Assembly (NCBI GenBank): GCA_033764015.1
Contig: JANRJK010000002.1
Coordinates: 186,478 to 250,477 of the forward strand
DNA from: Candidatus Sumerlaeia bacterium
Lineage (GTDB): Bacteria > Sumerlaeota > Sumerlaeia > SLMS01 > JANRJK01
DNA: 64,000 nucleotides
Direction: 5' to 3'
Positions 39,348-49,890 of the stretch are shown here, piece by piece; the stretch's first letter is position 1; each line of letters opens with the position of its first letter. A program made the position numbers and the translations under genes. The notes under the pieces are model-generated. The model searched no databases, was not told the DNA's origin, and was given only the letters and a program-made list of their open reading frames with translations.

Positions 39348-40154
39348 TCAAGCTCGGAGGTTGCGGTTTCCTGCGGGCGCGTCCGGCGCGGGCGAGTCCC
39401 ACCGTTCCAGGACCCGCGCCACCTCGCCAGCCCAAACGTCGTACGCCTCCGCCGTCAAGTGCACGCCATCGCCCGTGAACCGCTCTTGCAGCAGGCCGTC
39501 ATCGCCCCGGAACAGCACCCACAGGTCGATCAGCTCCGCCGCCAGCCGCGCGGCCAGCGCGGCGATGCCCGCGTTGAAGTCCTCCGCCGCGGTGTTGAAG
39601 AGGCCCGAATCGAGGCGCGCCAATCCCGCGGGGGGCAGCGTGTGCAGGCAGAGGCGGCACGCCGGAAGCCTCCGCTTCGTCTCCGCGAGCAGCTCCTCCA
39701 GATCCCGGAGCGTCCGCTGCGGTCCGCCGCCCGGGAGCGTCATGTCGTTGGTGCCGACGAGGACGAAGAGCGCTTGCGGACGCACCGCGAGCACGCTCGC
39801 GCCCCAGCGCGCGGCCAGCCCCCGGTGCGGGGCCTCGGGGCGGTAGGCGCCGACGCCGTCGCCCGCGATCCCCCGGTTGAACCACTCCCGCCCCGGGAGG
39901 AGGCGCCCCAGCGGGAAGTTCTGCACAAGGGAATCGCCCACGAAGACAATGCGCTCGCCGCCGCCGCCGCTGAGCGAGGCGTTCTGCCGCTCGAATCGCC
40001 CGAGCTGCGAAAGGTAGTATGCGGACCACTGCTCCACGCGATGGGCTTGGTTCCTCGCGCGTGGATCGAACCGGAAGGAAGGCGCCGCCGCAAGGCCGGG
40101 GCGCGGGGCGGCGACTTCCGCGTTGACCGCTTCGGGAGCGCAGGCGACGCTCAC
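39348..40154 (-). CDS. SGNH/GDSL hydrolase family protein
   Basis: VFVGDSL, NRGIAGD, LVGTND, DGVHL blocks; the start is uncertain. Confidence 0.85.
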   Translation of the reverse strand: MSVACAPEAVNAEVAAPRPGLAAAPSFRFDPRARNQAHRVEQWSAYYLSQLGRFERQNASLSGGGGERIVFVGDSLVQNFPLGRLLPGREWFNRGIAGDGVGAYRPEAPHRGLAARWGASVLAVRPQALFVLVGTNDMTLPGGGPQRTLRDLEELLAETKRRLPACRLCLHTLPPAGLARLDSGLFNTAAEDFNAGIAALAARLAAELIDLWVLFRGDDGLLQERFTGDGVHLTAEAYDVWAGEVARVLERWDSPAPDAPAGNRNLRA

Positions 40155-40263
40155 CAGCGGTTCATCCGAAAGGTGGCCGGTCGGAGTTGTCCGCCATGGC
40201 GGTGGCTCCGCGCGGCCGCGCAGGCAAATCCCGCCCATCGGCGACAGGGACAGGTGCTCTCGC

Positions 40264-40902
40264 GTGATCAAGTGCTCCGTTTGCGGATACGACAATCTGG
40301 ACTCGGCCGAGTTCTGCCTCAACTGTGGTTCGAAGTTGGAGCGGATCAGCGAGCCCATCGACGATATCAGCGGCGAGGCGACGATCGTGATCGACCCGCG
40401 TGCGCTCAAACGCCAAGCGGAGCAGAAGGCCGCCGAGCAGGCAGCGCAGCAGTCGGCTCCGCCGCCGCCCCCGCCCCCGCCGCCCCCGCCCGCCACTCCG
40501 CCTCCGCCTTCCGTGTCGGCCCCGCCTCCGCCTCCCCCGTCATCGGCCGCGCCTCCGCCTCCGCCGCCCCCCGCCCAGGCTTACGCTCCGCCGGCTCCCC
40601 AAGCTCCGCCCCCGCCGATCGCAAGCGATCCGGTCGGTGGCGGCCCGCTCGACGGATTCAACCAAGCCGATGTCATGGCCAAGGTCTCGGTGATCACCGG
40701 CGCGGTCTCCATCGTGATGGGATTCTGCTGCGGGCTCCTCGTCCTGCCGCTGGGCCTTACCGCCATCGTGACGGGGTATCTCGCCAAGTCGAAGAACACA
40801 TCAGGTGCCGACGCCAAGTTCGGCCTGTACGGCATGGTCCTCGGCGCCGTCGGTCTCGGCATCTCGATCGTCTTCGGACTCATCGGCGCGATCCTGTTCT
40901 AG
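40264..40902 (+). CDS. Zinc-ribbon / proline-rich / DUF4190-like membrane protein
   Basis: KCSVCG..N...AEFCLNCG, a poly-Pro linker, and two TM helices including GFCCG. Confidence 0.75.
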   Translation: MIKCSVCGYDNLDSAEFCLNCGSKLERISEPIDDISGEATIVIDPRALKRQAEQKAAEQAAQQSAPPPPPPPPPPPATPPPPSVSAPPPPPPSSAAPPPPPPPAQAYAPPAPQAPPPPIASDPVGGGPLDGFNQADVMAKVSVITGAVSIVMGFCCGLLVLPLGLTAIVTGYLAKSKNTSGADAKFGLYGMVLGAVGLGISIVFGLIGAILF

Positions 40903-40977
40903 GGATTCAGCGCCAGCGAATACGGCCCGGGTGGCGCGCCGCGTCCCCGGGCCGTTGTTCTTGAAGGGCACATCCCC

Positions 40978-41469
40978 ATGCCGCACACCCCGAAGACCGC
41001 CCTCTACCCGGGCTCCTTCGACATCCTCACGAACGGCCATCTGGACCTGATCCAGCGCAGCAGCCGCATGTTCGACCGCGTGCTCGTGGCGGTGGCGGTC
41101 AACTCGTCCAAGTCGCCGACGTTCACCATCGAGGAGCGCCTCGAGGTGCTCCGCAAAGCGACCGCCTCGCTGCCCAACGTCGAGTGCGCCACCTTCCAGG
41201 GCCTCACGGTCGCGTTCGCGAAGGAGGCCGGCGCGCGCTTCATCGTCCGCGGCCTGCGCGCCGTGTCCGACTTCGATTTCGAGCTCCAGCTCGCGATCAT
41301 GAACCAGCAGCTCGAGCGCGGCGTGGAGACGATCTTCCTCTCCGCGTCGCCGGAGTACATCTTCCTCAGCTCGAACACGATCCGCGAGGTGTGGCGCCTC
41401 GGCGGCGACGTCTCGCCCTTCGTGCCCCCAGCGGTGCTCGAGGCGCTCGCCGCCAAGCAGCGTCCGTAG
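40978..41469 (+). CDS. coaD: Phosphopantetheine adenylyltransferase
   Basis: YPGSFDILTNGHLDLI, VRGLRAVSDFDFE, FLSSN. Confidence 0.96.
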   Translation: MPHTPKTALYPGSFDILTNGHLDLIQRSSRMFDRVLVAVAVNSSKSPTFTIEERLEVLRKATASLPNVECATFQGLTVAFAKEAGARFIVRGLRAVSDFDFELQLAIMNQQLERGVETIFLSASPEYIFLSSNTIREVWRLGGDVSPFVPPAVLEALAAKQRP

Positions 41470-41476
41470 CCGCGCC

Positions 41477-43027
41477 ATGAAGGCCGTCACCGCCGCACGC
41501 ATGCGGGCCCTCGACCGCGAGGCCATCGAGCGCCGCGGCATCCCCGCGGGCGCCCTCATGGAGGCAGCCGGACGCGCCATCGCCGAAGAGATCGCCGCGC
41601 AGTTCCCGGAGCCGGGGCATTGCGTGGTCCTCGCAGGCCGCGGCAACAACGGCGGCGACGGGCTTGTCGCGGCGAGGCACCTGGCCCACTCCGGTTGGCG
41701 CGTCGACCTGGTCGCGGTCATGGGCCTCGGCTTCGCGGGCCCGGCGCTCGATGCGTGGCGCGCACTGCCCGCGGACGTCGCGGTGCACGAGCCCGCGGCG
41801 ATGCCGAACCTTCCGCAACTCCTCGCCGACGCGGACGCGGTGCTCGACGCGATGCTCGGCACGGGCGCCAGCGGCGAACTCCGGGCGCCGCTGGGCGATA
41901 TCGTTGACTGTGTCAACAATTGTCCCGCCTTCGTGGCCGCCGCGGACATCCCGACGGGCCTCGACGCGGACACGGGGCGCGGCCCCCGCGCCATCCGCGC
42001 GCACCGCACCGTGGCCATCGGGCTTCCCAAGGTCGGGTTCCTGGTGAACGACGGGCCGTCGCTCACGGGGACGGTCGTGGTGCGCCCGATCCAGTTCCCC
42101 GCCGACCTGCTCGCGTGCCCGGATGTGCGGACCGCCACGCTGACCCGGGACGAGGCGCGCGCCCTGCTGCCGCGGCGCCCGCGGGACGGCCACAAGGGCA
42201 CTTTCGGGCTCTGCGCGCTCTTCGCGGGCTCCGACTCCATGCCGGGCGCCGCGTCGCTCGCCGCGCAGGGCGCGCTGCGCTCCGGCTGCGGACTGGTGCG
42301 GGCGGTCGCGCCGGGGGCCATCCGCCCGATCCTCGCGGCGCAGATCCCCGAGGCGCTGCTGCCGGCGCTCCCGTCGCTCGCGGGCGAGCCCTCCTTCCGC
42401 GCCCTGCCGCCGCAGGAGTGGGAGCTGGCGGGCCCGGACGCGGACGCGGCGGTCATCGGGCCGGGGCTCGGGACCGGCGTCGGCTGCCGCGACTTACTGT
42501 TCCAAGCGCTCGAGCGCCTCGTGTGCCCCGTGGTGCTCGATGCGGACGCGCTCAACATCGCGGCGGCGGAGCCCGACATCCGCGCGCTGCTCGGCGAAGC
42601 GCACGTCCTCACACCGCACCCGGGCGAGATGGCGCGGCTCCTCGGGCGCTCCGTCGCCGAGGTGCAGCGTGACCGCTGGCAATCCGCCATGGACGCCGCG
42701 GACCGCTTCGGCTGCGTCGTCGCCTTCAAGGGCCACGGCACCATCGTGGCGGACCCCGGCGGCGAGGCGACGCACATCCCCACGGGCAACACGGCGCTCG
42801 CGCGGGGCGGGAGCGGCGATGTGCTGGCGGGGCTCATCGGCGGCCTGCTGGCGCAGCGCTGCGCGCCGGGCGCGGCGGCCCGCCTCGGATGCTGGATCCA
42901 CGGCCTCGCGGCGGACATCGCCGCCCGCGGCGCCTCGCCCCGCGGACTCCGCGTGACCGACATCGCCGCGGCGATTCCGCACGCCTTCGCGGAAACGGAA
43001 TTGCCGTCGGGAACCGAGCGGGGTTAG
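41477..43027 (+). CDS. nnr: Bifunctional NAD(P)H-hydrate epimerase/dehydratase
   Basis: GRGNNGGDG, DAMLGTG, DIPTG; HKGTFG, GPGLG, LDADAL, LTPHPGE, GGSGDVLAG. Confidence 0.93.
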   Translation: MKAVTAARMRALDREAIERRGIPAGALMEAAGRAIAEEIAAQFPEPGHCVVLAGRGNNGGDGLVAARHLAHSGWRVDLVAVMGLGFAGPALDAWRALPADVAVHEPAAMPNLPQLLADADAVLDAMLGTGASGELRAPLGDIVDCVNNCPAFVAAADIPTGLDADTGRGPRAIRAHRTVAIGLPKVGFLVNDGPSLTGTVVVRPIQFPADLLACPDVRTATLTRDEARALLPRRPRDGHKGTFGLCALFAGSDSMPGAASLAAQGALRSGCGLVRAVAPGAIRPILAAQIPEALLPALPSLAGEPSFRALPPQEWELAGPDADAAVIGPGLGTGVGCRDLLFQALERLVCPVVLDADALNIAAAEPDIRALLGEAHVLTPHPGEMARLLGRSVAEVQRDRWQSAMDAADRFGCVVAFKGHGTIVADPGGEATHIPTGNTALARGGSGDVLAGLIGGLLAQRCAPGAAARLGCWIHGLAADIAARGASPRGLRVTDIAAAIPHAFAETELPSGTERG

Positions 43028-43057
43028 CCATCCGGTTCCCGCGAGGAAACGGACCCG

Positions 43058-43756
43058 ATGCCTGCTACCGCGACACGCCAGATCGTCTCAGCCCGGAAGA
43101 TCGCCAAGACCTACATCGACGGCGAGCGGCGCCTCGAAGTGCTGCGCGGCGTCGACCTCGACATCGCGGCGGGGGAGTGCGTCGCGATCATCGGGCGCTC
43201 CGGCAGCGGCAAGTCCACGCTGCTCCACATCCTCGGCGCGCTCGACCGAGCCACCTCCGGCGAGGTGCTCTTCAACGGCGTGGACATCACCCGCGAGCGC
43301 GAGTCGCGCCTCGCCCGCCTGCGCGCCGAAAGCGTCGGCTTCATCTACCAGTTCCACCACCTGCTTCCCGAGTTCTCAGCGGTCGAAAACGTCGTGCTCC
43401 CCGGGATGATCCTCGGCAAGCCGCAGGCGGAGCTGGTGCGCCGCGCGGAGGAACTGCTCCGGCGCGTGGGGCTCGCGGAGCGCCTCCACCACCGCCCGGC
43501 CAAGCTGTCCGGCGGCGAGCGCCAGCGCGTCGCCCTCGCCCGGGCGCTCATGAACGATCCGCTCCTCGTCCTCGCCGACGAACCCACCGGCGACCTGGAC
43601 CAGACGACCGGCCAGGAGGTGCTCTCCTTCGTCCTCGAGACCACGGTGGCTTCCGGGCGCTCGCTGGTCCTGGTCACGCACGACCCTGCGATCGCCGCCC
43701 GCGCGGACCGCAGGCTCCTCCTTGTGGATGGCAAGCTTTCGAATGCCCCCGTCTGA
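43058..43756 (+). CDS. lolD: ABC transporter ATP-binding protein, LolD-like
   Basis: GRSGSGKSTLLHILG, GFIYQFHHLLPEFSAVENV, LSGGERQRVA, ADEPTG, VTHD. No permease is adjacent. Confidence 0.75.
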   Translation: MPATATRQIVSARKIAKTYIDGERRLEVLRGVDLDIAAGECVAIIGRSGSGKSTLLHILGALDRATSGEVLFNGVDITRERESRLARLRAESVGFIYQFHHLLPEFSAVENVVLPGMILGKPQAELVRRAEELLRRVGLAERLHHRPAKLSGGERQRVALARALMNDPLLVLADEPTGDLDQTTGQEVLSFVLETTVASGRSLVLVTHDPAIAARADRRLLLVDGKLSNAPV

Positions 43757-44420
43757 GCGGCCAAGCCCCGCTCCGGACCCGAAGACCGACACGCCGCCCC
43801 CCGCCACCGGCGCCTGGGACGTCCGCGCGGTCCGCTCCACGACGATCTACGTCGGCCTGGACGCCTGGATGATCCGATGGCAGCTCTTCGGCGACATCTC
43901 GAAGGGGTCGAACCTCGTCAGCTCCATCGAGTTCGCCCTTCACAGCATCCGCGAGTCCGACGCCGTCTCGCCCTCCATGGACCGCATCGGCAACTGCTTC
44001 TACCGCCTTCGGGGGATCATCACGCGCCGCACCCGCGCCGGCTGGCTCCTGGACGGACCGGTGCCAATGCACTGCTCGGAGCCGCTCCCGCGGGGGATCG
44101 GCCTCGGAAGCGCGGTCGAAGTTGATGCCAGCCTCTGGTTCGACCGCACGGGCGGAGCCCCTCCCGGCGAGCCCCTCGCCGTTCCCGCCCGCTGGCGCGT
44201 CGCCCGCATCTACCGCGACACCGCCACTTGGAACGCGATCCGATCCTCGGAGAACCAGCCGATCCGCGAGGGTGGCTGGCTACCGAAGGTGGACAACCCC
44301 GCGAACATCATCCGCGCCACGGAAAACTACGACGAGGTGGCGAAGACGAACTCGAAGGGTGACGATCACGGCAGCGCGCACTATCTTGTAGCGTTGGAGT
44401 TTCTTGGCGCGTGCGGATGA
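43743..44420 (+). CDS. Hypothetical protein
   Basis: The ORF overlaps the lolD end and fills the gap; no recognisable motif. Confidence 0.5.
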   Translation: MPPSERPSPAPDPKTDTPPPATGAWDVRAVRSTTIYVGLDAWMIRWQLFGDISKGSNLVSSIEFALHSIRESDAVSPSMDRIGNCFYRLRGIITRRTRAGWLLDGPVPMHCSEPLPRGIGLGSAVEVDASLWFDRTGGAPPGEPLAVPARWRVARIYRDTATWNAIRSSENQPIREGGWLPKVDNPANIIRATENYDEVAKTNSKGDDHGSAHYLVALEFLGACG

Positions 44421-44516
44421 GCCGCGCCGAGACCACCCCAGCGAGGCCGCATCCAATGCCTTGATCGACCGCCCTCCGGAGCATCCCCAGCGCGGGACCG
44501 GGCGGCTTGGCGGAAC

Positions 44517-47168
44517 ATGACAGCAGATAGGTGGAGCGGTCCGCTCCCGCCACATCCCGAAGACTCGTTGCGTCCACCCTCCGTGGCGATGTCCGGCACG
44601 CTGCCAAGCACCATCGCACAATCGCGCTGGGCCGGACGCCTCGCGGTGGAGACGCCGGGCGGCGAAGCGGAGGCGAGCGGCCTCCATCGAAAGCCGGAGG
44701 AGCCCAGCGACTACCGCATGGTGCGCAAGATCGCCCAAGGCGGCATGGGCGAGGTCTGGGAGGCGGTGCAGGAAAGCCTCGACCGCGTCGTCGCTGTGAA
44801 GCGCGTCTCGGGGCTGGTGCCGCGGGAGGAGTCTTCGCTCGACTCGCGCCTTCGGATCCTCGCGGACTTCCGGCGGGAGGCGATCCTCGCGGCGCGGCTG
44901 GAACACCCGAACATCCTGCCGGTGCACGACTACGACCTCGACCAGGATGGCAACCCGATCCTCGTGATGAAGCTGGTCCGGGGGCGCTCCTGGGCCGCGC
45001 AGATCGCGGACGACTGGTCCTCGGTCGATATCCGGGGGTTCCTCCGCAAGCATCTGCGCATCCTGGAGCAAGTTTGCCACGCGGCGGAGTTCGCCCACTC
45101 CCGGGGTGTCGTGCACCGCGACCTCAAGCCCACCCAGGTGATGGTGGGCGAGTTCGACGAAGTGCTCCTGATGGATTGGGGCCTGGCCATGTCGATCCTC
45201 CCCGCCGACGAGTCGGGCTTTCCCGAGTTCCTCCTGGCGACCCGCGAAACCGCCCAGAATCCCGCGGGCACCCCGGCCCTGATGGCGCCGGAGCAGACGC
45301 TTCCCACCGCCGAGGGCGTTGGCCCATGGACCGACGTCTACCTCCTCGGCGGGACGTTGTTCTACCTCCTGACCGGGCGCTTCCCGCACGGGGCGCCGAC
45401 CTCCGCATCGGCGCTGCTCCAAGCCGCCCGGGGAGCCTATGAATGGCCCCCCGAGTCCGAGACAGGGCGGCCGATCCCGCAGGAGCTGCGCGAACTGGTC
45501 GACGATGCGCTCGCCTTCGCGCCGGCGGAGAGGCCCTCCGGGGCCCGCGCCATCGCCCAGCGGCTCGAGTCCTACCTGTCCGCCGAGTCGCGCCGCGCCG
45601 AATCGGTCCTCCTCGCCTCCCAGGCGCTCGACTGGATGCGCCACGAGGAGGACGACGCCGCGCTAGTGGACGCCGAAAAGGCGCTGCGCGACGCGGAGGC
45701 GCTCTGGCCCGCGAACGAAGTGCTTCCCGCGCTCCGCCGGCGCGCCGCTGAACTGCGGGCGGGCCTCGCGGTCGCCCGCGGCGACTTGGTGACCGCCGAA
45801 CTGCTGGTTCCTCAGATCAAGGAACCGCTCAAGGAGTCCGAGTTGCGCCGCCGGATCGCGAGCATCCGCCGCGATGCCACCGCCAAAAGGCGGCAGTTCA
45901 TTACCGCCCTCGCCGGTTGCGCGATCCTCGCCTCCTTGCTGGCGCTCGGGGCGTGGACGCAGGCACGCCGCGAGCGCTACGCAGCCGAAAAGCTGCTGGC
46001 GCTCAACAGCGAGCTTCTCGCCGAAACCGACCTCGCCAAGCGGAACGCGGCCATCGCCTTCCAGGAAAGCGCGAGGGCCAACAAGGCGATCGGGCACGCG
46101 TTCATCGAACTCGCCGGGGACCTCGATCTCCGCGACGATTCCCAGCGCAACCTGCTCGCGAAGACCGTCCGGCTCGCGCGAACCGATTTCGAGTCCAACC
46201 CGATGCCCGCCGAGGCCCCGGAGGAGCTCCGACGCGAGCGGATCTCCGCTATGCTCACGCTCGGCAGCGCGTTCGCCCGCTCCGGCTTCCCGGACGACGG
46301 CCTGGTGCTGATCTCACGGGCGCTCGACTTGGCTGAGGAGATCGGGGGGGAGTCCGACGACCAGGCGCTCGAAGCGCTCGCCGAACTGGCCGGCGCGGCG
46401 ATGTGGGCCGGGGAGCTGACGCTCGCCGACGAGCGGCTGGCGGACCTCCGCGCCCGCGTCGCGCGGCTGCCCGCCGAAACGATCCACCACTTCCGACTGG
46501 CCACGCTGGAGCCGAACCCGCTCCAACGCGCCGGGCGCGACGCGGAAGCCCGCGAGTCGCTCCGCCTCGCGATCGAAATCGCCGGTAGGTTGCCCGGCAT
46601 GACACCGGGCCTTGTGGCCGCGGTCCACTACCACCTCGTCTCCATCGAACTGCGCCTGAAGGACCACGAGGCGGCGCTCGCCGCCATCGAGGAGGCGGAG
46701 CGACTGTACCGCGAAGCGGAGTCCGGGGACGCGCCGATCTTCGCCGAGCTCGCAAAGACCCGGGGGGACGTGTTGCTGCGGCTTGACCGCCTGGACGAGG
46801 CGGCCGCGGCCTACACATCCGCCGAAGCGCTCACCCGGGTGAGGTATGGCGAGGGAAGCTACGCCCACATCGGCGCCATCGCGGGCCTAGGCCGCACTGC
46901 GGCCGCGCGCGGAGACGGCAAGGAGGGCCTCGCCCTCTTGAACCAGGCGATCGGCTACGCCGAGCTCGGCGGGCGTCCTCTGTCGTTCCTGATTCCTCCA
47001 CTGATCTGTGATGCCGCCCGGGTCATGGCGAAGATGGGAGACGCCGATGGCGCCCGCGTGCTCTACCAACGCGCGATCACCCAGATGGAAGCCGACGGGG
47101 AAGGGAACTTCGCGCGGTTTCTGGAAATCGCCCGGAAGGATCTCGCCGAGTTGGACCAAGGACGCTAA
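44517..47168 (+). CDS. Membrane Ser/Thr protein kinase (Hanks type) with C-terminal TPR-like region
   Basis: IAQGGMGEVW, VAVK, LEHPNILPVHD, HRDLKPTQ, DWG, GTPALMAPEQ, DVYLLG; a TM helix then helical repeats. Confidence 0.9.
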   Translation: MTADRWSGPLPPHPEDSLRPPSVAMSGTLPSTIAQSRWAGRLAVETPGGEAEASGLHRKPEEPSDYRMVRKIAQGGMGEVWEAVQESLDRVVAVKRVSGLVPREESSLDSRLRILADFRREAILAARLEHPNILPVHDYDLDQDGNPILVMKLVRGRSWAAQIADDWSSVDIRGFLRKHLRILEQVCHAAEFAHSRGVVHRDLKPTQVMVGEFDEVLLMDWGLAMSILPADESGFPEFLLATRETAQNPAGTPALMAPEQTLPTAEGVGPWTDVYLLGGTLFYLLTGRFPHGAPTSASALLQAARGAYEWPPESETGRPIPQELRELVDDALAFAPAERPSGARAIAQRLESYLSAESRRAESVLLASQALDWMRHEEDDAALVDAEKALRDAEALWPANEVLPALRRRAAELRAGLAVARGDLVTAELLVPQIKEPLKESELRRRIASIRRDATAKRRQFITALAGCAILASLLALGAWTQARRERYAAEKLLALNSELLAETDLAKRNAAIAFQESARANKAIGHAFIELAGDLDLRDDSQRNLLAKTVRLARTDFESNPMPAEAPEELRRERISAMLTLGSAFARSGFPDDGLVLISRALDLAEEIGGESDDQALEALAELAGAAMWAGELTLADERLADLRARVARLPAETIHHFRLATLEPNPLQRAGRDAEARESLRLAIEIAGRLPGMTPGLVAAVHYHLVSIELRLKDHEAALAAIEEAERLYREAESGDAPIFAELAKTRGDVLLRLDRLDEAAAAYTSAEALTRVRYGEGSYAHIGAIAGLGRTAAARGDGKEGLALLNQAIGYAELGGRPLSFLIPPLICDAARVMAKMGDADGARVLYQRAITQMEADGEGNFARFLEIARKDLAELDQGR

Positions 47169-47241
47169 GTCTCACCACTTGGATCAGGGTAAATACTGAT
47201 TCCTGTTGATCGCGTCCGCCGTATTGAGAATCCTCTCGCGC

Positions 47242-49890
47242 ATGGAAGAAACGGCATCCTTCAGCGAGACCAGCGAGACGACGGCGCGCCGCCATGGGCG
47301 GGTGAACTCCGCCCTCGCCGAGATCCCCGAGACCATCGGCGATGCGCGCTGGCGGTTTCGCGGCGAAAAGCTTGTGCGGCGAGCACCTTCCAGCGGCTCG
47401 ATCCGCAAACCACCGCAGATAAGCGGCTACCGCCTCGTCCGCAAGATCGCGCAGGGCGGCATGGGGGAGGTCTGGGAGGCTGTGCAGTCCAGCCTGGACC
47501 GCACGGTCGCCGTCAAACGCGTCCTGACGCCCGGAACCTCGAGCGACGACGCCCTCGACTCGCGCGAGCGGATCCTCGCGGACTTCCGGCGCGAGTCGCT
47601 CCTCGCGGCCCGCCTCGAGCATCCGAACATCCTCCCGGTCCACGACTACGACGTCGACGAGGCGGGGAATCCGCTGCTCGTCATGAAGCTCGTCCGCGGC
47701 GTCCTCTGGGCCACCTCGATCGCGGACGACTGGTCGGTACTCGACACCTACAGCTTCCTCCGCAAGCACCTCCGGGTTCTGATCCAGGTCTGCCACGCGG
47801 TCGAGTTCGCCCACTCGCGAGGAGTCGTCCACCGCGACCTGAAGCCGACACAGGTCATGGTCGGCGAGTTCGGCGAAGTGCTCCTCATGGACTGGGGCCT
47901 GTCGATCCTAACGGTCCCGCCGGAGGGGCTTGAGTTCCCGGAGAACCTCTTCGCCACGCGCGAAACCGCCCAGAACCCCGCCGGCACGCCCGCGATGATG
48001 GCGCCGGAGCAAACGCTCCCGGACGCGCGCTCGATCGGGCCCTGGACCGACGTGTACCTGCTGGGGGGGACGTTGTTCTACCTGCTGACCGGGCGCTTCC
48101 CGCACAGCGCTCCGGCGACCGCCGCCGCCATGGCGCAGGCCGCCCGCGGCGCCTACGAGTGGCCCGGCCCCGCCCAGCTCGACCGCCCGGTTCCCGCGGA
48201 CCTTGTGCACCTGGTCGACCGCGCGCTGGCCTTCGACCCCGAGGGCCGCGTTTCGGGCGCGGGCGAGTTCGCAGCTTCCCTCGAGGCGTACCTCGCCGCC
48301 GAGTCGCGGCGCATCGAGTCCTCCATGCTGGTCACCGCCGCGCTGGAGGCCGCCGCGAACGAAACGGACGACTCCGCCCTCGCGGACGCGGAGACGCGCC
48401 TGCGCGACGCCGCCGCTCTGTGGCCCAGGAATCCGCAAGTGGCGCCGCTCCGGAGCCGCGTCGCAGAGCTGCGCGCGCGCCTCGCCCTCGAACGCGGCGA
48501 TCTGGTCTCCGCGGAAGTGCTCATCCCGCAGTTCCAGGACTCCGGCCGTGAAGCGGAGGCGCGCCGCGAGATCGGCGCGCGCCGCCGCGCCGCCAGGCGC
48601 CGGGCCGCCCACTTCCGCTATGCACTCTTGGCCTGCGCCGTCCTCTCCACCGTCGTCGCAACCGGCGCGGTTGCACACGCATTCCAAATCCGCAAGCGCG
48701 AGGCGGAGTCGCGGCTGCTCAACGCGAAGCTCGGAACCGAGCGCAACCGCTCCGCGGCCAACGCGGACCTCGCCTTCGAGGAGACGCGGCGTGCGAACCG
48801 CGCCTTCGAGAGCGTCATTCAGCGCACCGCCGGGCGGCTGGACATGCGCGATCCCGCGCAGCGCGCGCTCTTCGAGGAGCTGGTCCGCGACGCGGAGCAG
48901 ACCCTCCTCAATGAACCGCTCCCGCAAGGGACCCCGGGCGACATCGCAGCGGAGCGCGGCATGCTGATGATCAACCTTTCGGGAGTCTTCGCGCGCACCA
49001 CGTTCCCCGCCGAAGCGGTCGCCTTCGCGGAGCGCGCGCTCGAACTCATCGAGCCGGCCCGGGGGCCGCTCGCGGAAGACACGCTGCTCGCGGTCCAGAC
49101 GGTTGTGATGGCGGCGACTTGGAACGGTGACTACGAGAAGGCGGATGCTGCCCGGCTCGATCTCGCCGCGCGCCTCGACCAGATCGAGGAGACGGTCCAG
49201 GCGGATTTCCAACTCGCGGGCGCGAACGCGCAATTCCACCAGATGAACCACCGCTTGGTGGAAGGGCGCGCGGAACTGGAGCGGGCGATCCGGCTCGGCG
49301 CGGAGCTGCCGGACCTTCCCCGCGGGGCCATTGCGGGAGCGTACTTCCAGCTCATCTCCTTCGAGTTGGGCCTTGGCAATCCGGTGGGGGCGCTCGATGC
49401 CGCCGACCGCGGAATCGCCCTGCTCGAGGCCGCCGGCGAAACCAGCAGCTCGCTGTATGAGTCGCTTCGGCGCGCCCGCGCTGACGCGCTGATCTCCCTC
49501 GGCCGGCTGGACGAAGCCGAAGAGGTCCTCGTGCAATCCATCGAGGAGGTCATCTCGGTGTACGGCGAGAGGCACTTGAACGTGGCGGGGTTGTACCATA
49601 GCCTCGGGAAGGTGAGCCTCGCGCGGGGGGACCACCAGCAGGCGCTCGAAACCCTCGAGAAGGGGGTCGACATCTACTTGGAGTTCGAAGGGGCCGGACC
49701 CGATCACGCGCCAGGAGTGCTTTGGGACCTCGCACGGGTCCACTCCGTGCTCGGCGATATCGACTCGGCGCTCCGGCGCCTGGAGCAGGCGCTCGCGCTC
49801 TACGAGGGGCGGCCCGAGTTCGATGGCCGGGCGGCGGTGATCCGCGACCAGATCGCCGCGCTCCGCGCGCAGGCGCCCAAGGCCGAGTAG
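47242..49890 (+). CDS. Membrane Ser/Thr protein kinase, tandem paralog with TPR-like region
   Basis: Same motifs and architecture as the upstream gene, with a near-collinear kinase domain. Confidence 0.9.
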   Translation: MEETASFSETSETTARRHGRVNSALAEIPETIGDARWRFRGEKLVRRAPSSGSIRKPPQISGYRLVRKIAQGGMGEVWEAVQSSLDRTVAVKRVLTPGTSSDDALDSRERILADFRRESLLAARLEHPNILPVHDYDVDEAGNPLLVMKLVRGVLWATSIADDWSVLDTYSFLRKHLRVLIQVCHAVEFAHSRGVVHRDLKPTQVMVGEFGEVLLMDWGLSILTVPPEGLEFPENLFATRETAQNPAGTPAMMAPEQTLPDARSIGPWTDVYLLGGTLFYLLTGRFPHSAPATAAAMAQAARGAYEWPGPAQLDRPVPADLVHLVDRALAFDPEGRVSGAGEFAASLEAYLAAESRRIESSMLVTAALEAAANETDDSALADAETRLRDAAALWPRNPQVAPLRSRVAELRARLALERGDLVSAEVLIPQFQDSGREAEARREIGARRRAARRRAAHFRYALLACAVLSTVVATGAVAHAFQIRKREAESRLLNAKLGTERNRSAANADLAFEETRRANRAFESVIQRTAGRLDMRDPAQRALFEELVRDAEQTLLNEPLPQGTPGDIAAERGMLMINLSGVFARTTFPAEAVAFAERALELIEPARGPLAEDTLLAVQTVVMAATWNGDYEKADAARLDLAARLDQIEETVQADFQLAGANAQFHQMNHRLVEGRAELERAIRLGAELPDLPRGAIAGAYFQLISFELGLGNPVGALDAADRGIALLEAAGETSSSLYESLRRARADALISLGRLDEAEEVLVQSIEEVISVYGERHLNVAGLYHSLGKVSLARGDHQQALETLEKGVDIYLEFEGAGPDHAPGVLWDLARVHSVLGDIDSALRRLEQALALYEGRPEFDGRAAVIRDQIAALRAQAPKAE

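Noticed and set aside
40455..40620. Low-complexity CCG/CCT repeats
   Set aside because: They encode the poly-proline linker of a membrane protein and are not an independent repeat element.
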